Positions 56,506 through 56,571 of a stretch of 56,571 nt of DNA are shown piece after piece. The stretch is from positions 1 to 56,571 of IMG/VR virus record IMGVR_UViG_3300042197_000691; one strand, given 5' to 3'. The DNA comes from a virus. Taxonomy: Duplodnaviria; Caudoviricetes. How positions within the stretch are numbered: the first letter of the stretch is position 1; each line of letters starts with the position of its first letter. The notes beneath the pieces are model-generated. The model worked only from the letters and a program-made list of their open reading frames with translations, was not told where the DNA came from and ran no database searches. A program made the translations under genes and the position numbers.

Positions 56506-56571
56506 GGCCGATGGGACTGCATGGAGTGGTCGCCTCACTGTCACTGAGGAGAATCAGAGGGGATCGTTACC
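56506..56571 (+). tRNA. tRNA-Asp(GTC), truncated by the window end
   Basis: CCTCA-CTGTCAC-TGAGG anticodon arm. Confidence 0.7.

Overview
Part of a large T4-related (jumbo-type) myophage genome. Layout: (1) 1-1.9 kb, 2OG-Fe(II) oxygenases and a Nudix hydrolase. (2) 1.9-24 kb, virion module: gp15/gp14/gp13-like neck and tail-completion proteins, dNMP kinase, tail sheath, tail tube, gp4, internal head proteins and terminase, plus free-standing HNH and GIY-YIG endonucleases. (3) 24-27 kb, gp32, UvsX and UvsY. (4) 27-49 kb, an accessory island of sugar-modifying enzymes, five radical SAM proteins, a QueC-like ATPase, oxygenases, two fatty-acid desaturases and an ErpA/IscA Fe-S carrier. (5) 49.5-56.6 kb, an RNA-rich region with 13 tRNA calls. 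The most unusual feature is in region 5: at least nine RNA cassettes closed by a conserved, co-varying stem of about 16-22 bp (YCATA-N6-CRYAT...GTRTG-N6'-TATGG, with a U-G wobble at the same position in every copy). Each encloses a different structured RNA, and the cassettes alternate with tRNAs and pseudo-tRNAs. They lie downstream of consensus sigma70 promoters carrying rRNA-type boxB/boxA-like leaders. Upstream is an apparent attenuator whose 46-codon leader peptide uses all 20 amino acids and 37 different codons. A circularly permuted tRNA mimic resembling YrlA Y RNA is also present. All calls come from reading motifs by eye; no database searches or folding programs were run.
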